A stretch of DNA of 47,203 nucleotides, taken from contig JACCRS010000216.1 of assembly GCA_013813435.1 (NCBI GenBank), forward strand, positions 1 through 47,203, written 5' to 3'. Positions 45,666-47,203 of the stretch are shown piece by piece; the first letter of the stretch is position 1, and each line of letters begins with the position of its first letter. Source of the stretch: Gemmatimonadales bacterium (GTDB lineage: Bacteria; Gemmatimonadota; Gemmatimonadetes; Gemmatimonadales; GWC2-71-9). The notes beneath the pieces are model-generated. The model had not been told where the DNA came from. It searched no databases and was given only the letters and a program-made list of their open reading frames with translations. Made by a program: the position numbers and the translations under genes.

Positions 45666-46478
45666 TCACCGTCTCCGAAGACGAACATCCTCGCTGCGGC
45701 TAGGTCCTACCACCACCACCAGCAGGCGGGATTCATACCCCGCAGCCGTAACTCTGACATACTGTGTTCGGCAGTTATCCACCAGCGTCAGGTCGAATCG
45801 GAACCGATACTCACCGGTCCCATCGGTGAACGCCACGTACGGGGTGCCAATCATCTGAAGATGCGCCCCGGCCAGCGGCCGCCCGTTATCCTGCCTGTAG
45901 ATTCGGCCTACGACCGTTCCGTGTTGCGTCGAATCGGCAGAACTAACCGGCGCCAGCTCGCGTGGAGTGCACCGCTCCGAGTTATCCGGTAACCAGGCCT
46001 GCATCGGCCGGGTTGCCTGTGGTCCGGCGCCAGCTCTGGTGGCCAGCCGGGGCCGTCCGAAAATACGGCGGGCTTCGGATTCCATGGTAACCGGGATAGT
46101 CGCCTCTTCCATCGGGGCAGCTTTAACCGCGGATGGAGGATTCGATGGAAGAGCGTCGGCGTCGGCTCCTCTCGACGGGGTCGCCTCCGGAGGAGCATTG
46201 GGCTCGGGTTCCGGTAAGGTCTGACTCACGATCGGTGGCGCTAGCGGCCTGGGACGGAGATCCTGCGGTGGAGACGGCTCTGGCTCCGGTGGCGGCAGGT
46301 AAATCATTTCAGCCCGGCGCGCGTCCTCCACCGGGCCGTCCCGGCGTTCAGCGGGTTCAGTCTCGGTCGTTTGCCGGGACAGTACCGCTCCTCCCAGCAG
46401 CACCAGGAGATGTACTGCTGCACTGACGGCGAGCGGACTCCAGGCGCGCTTGGGGGAGGGTGAGGCGGGTGGCTTCAA
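45666..46478 (-). CDS. TonB-like anchor, Pro-rich linker and carboxypeptidase-regulatory-like domain
   Basis: SAAVH (SxxxH) TM, PPPEPEP, GRPLAGA, TDGTGEYRF, AAGY; start uncertain. Confidence 0.7.
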   Translation of the reverse strand: MKPPASPSPKRAWSPLAVSAAVHLLVLLGGAVLSRQTTETEPAERRDGPVEDARRAEMIYLPPPEPEPSPPQDLRPRPLAPPIVSQTLPEPEPNAPPEATPSRGADADALPSNPPSAVKAAPMEEATIPVTMESEARRIFGRPRLATRAGAGPQATRPMQAWLPDNSERCTPRELAPVSSADSTQHGTVVGRIYRQDNGRPLAGAHLQMIGTPYVAFTDGTGEYRFRFDLTLVDNCRTQYVRVTAAGYESRLLVVVVGPSRSEDVRLRRR

Positions 46479-46556
46479 TCGAGCATGCTTCCTTGGAAGA
46501 TGAACAGGACTGATTCAAGATAACCGGAGAATCCACCCCCTCGACCTCGAGTCACC

Positions 46557-47203
46557 ATGGACCTGAACACCTGGAAGCCCCATGCTGCGGCGATGGAGGA
46601 TTACCACCGCGGAAAGCACGATGCGACACTCGTGGTCTACGACGACTTCGAGCGGGACGAGGTTCCGGTCTCCTACTTCTTCCGGGGGCCCGAAGAGTTT
46701 CCCCCGCTCGAGCAGCTCGCTCTGGAGCTCTGCCGCGGCAGCGTGCTCGACGTGGGCGCCGGCTCCGGCTGCCACTCCCTGGCACTTCAGGAACGCGGAC
46801 TCGAGGTCACCGCTATCGAGATCCTTCCATCACTGGTTCGCATTCTCCAGGAGCGCGGGGTTCTTGATGCCCGGCTGGCCACCTGGATGGACCTCCAGTC
46901 GGAGCCTTTCGACACTGTCTTCATGATGATGAATGGCCTGGGCCTCACCGAGACGCTGGCCGGGCTGCGCCAGTTCTTCTCAGGAGCTCGGCGGCTGGTG
47001 GGTCGTGGTGGGCAGGTACTGGCTGACTCGACCGACGTGCGAACCCGCCTGGACGCCGAGGCTGGCCGGACTGGAACGCTCGAGCGCGCCGATGGACGCT
47101 ATGTAGGTGAGTTGCATTTCCAGATCGAGTACGAGGGCCGGAAAGGCGAGCCCTTTCCTCAGCTGTACGTGGATGCCAACACCCTCATTCGCTATGCGCG
47201 TGA
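46557..47203 (+). CDS. Class I SAM-dependent methyltransferase (runs off the window end; absent from the ORF track)
   Basis: ATG 46557 reads MDLNTWKPHAAAMEDY...VLDVGAGSGCHSLALQERG.EVTAIE...FDTVFMMMNGLG; open to the window end. Confidence 0.88.
   Translation, partial: MDLNTWKPHAAAMEDYHRGKHDATLVVYDDFERDEVPVSYFFRGPEEFPPLEQLALELCRGSVLDVGAGSGCHSLALQERGLEVTAIEILPSLVRILQERGVLDARLATWMDLQSEPFDTVFMMMNGLGLTETLAGLRQFFSGARRLVGRGGQVLADSTDVRTRLDAEAGRTGTLERADGRYVGELHFQIEYEGRKGEPFPQLYVDANTLIRYAR

Overview
GC-rich bacterial chromosomal segment with about 48 genes. Its Hanks-type kinase-TPR genes and lineage-typical hypotheticals suggest Gemmatimonadota; this is inference only. I found no rRNA, tRNA, CRISPR array, transposase or integrase. 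Left to right: (1) a divergent pair of Ser/Thr kinases, an orphan ParB/Srx-fold gene and exported hydrolases; (2) a BamA/TamA-like barrel, a Tat-exported Ntn asparaginase and a very basic H1-like protein; (3) a coupled NHEJ operon (Ku, LigD polymerase, LigD ligase, no phosphoesterase) preceded by DnaA-box-like and IHF-like sites; (4) an osmoprotectant-type ABC importer; (5) DUF1015-serA-serC; (6) sufE coupled to an N-terminally shortened Rho, divergent from an egtB-egtD-egtA-qor-sseA operon that lacks egtC and egtE; (7) an M48 peptidase, Atl and arginase; (8) a frameshifted alpha/beta-hydrolase remnant; (9) TIGR02587/TIGR02588 with a tail-anchored AAA ATPase, and a methyltransferase cut off by the window end. 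Seven gene junctions carry inverted arrays of 7-8 bp tandem repeats built from several unrelated units. The best candidates for new biology are the sulfur/ergothioneine locus with SufE, SseA and mini-Rho, the DnaA/IHF-like cluster in front of Ku, and the junction repeat-hairpin family. All product calls come from motif recognition by eye; no database search was run.
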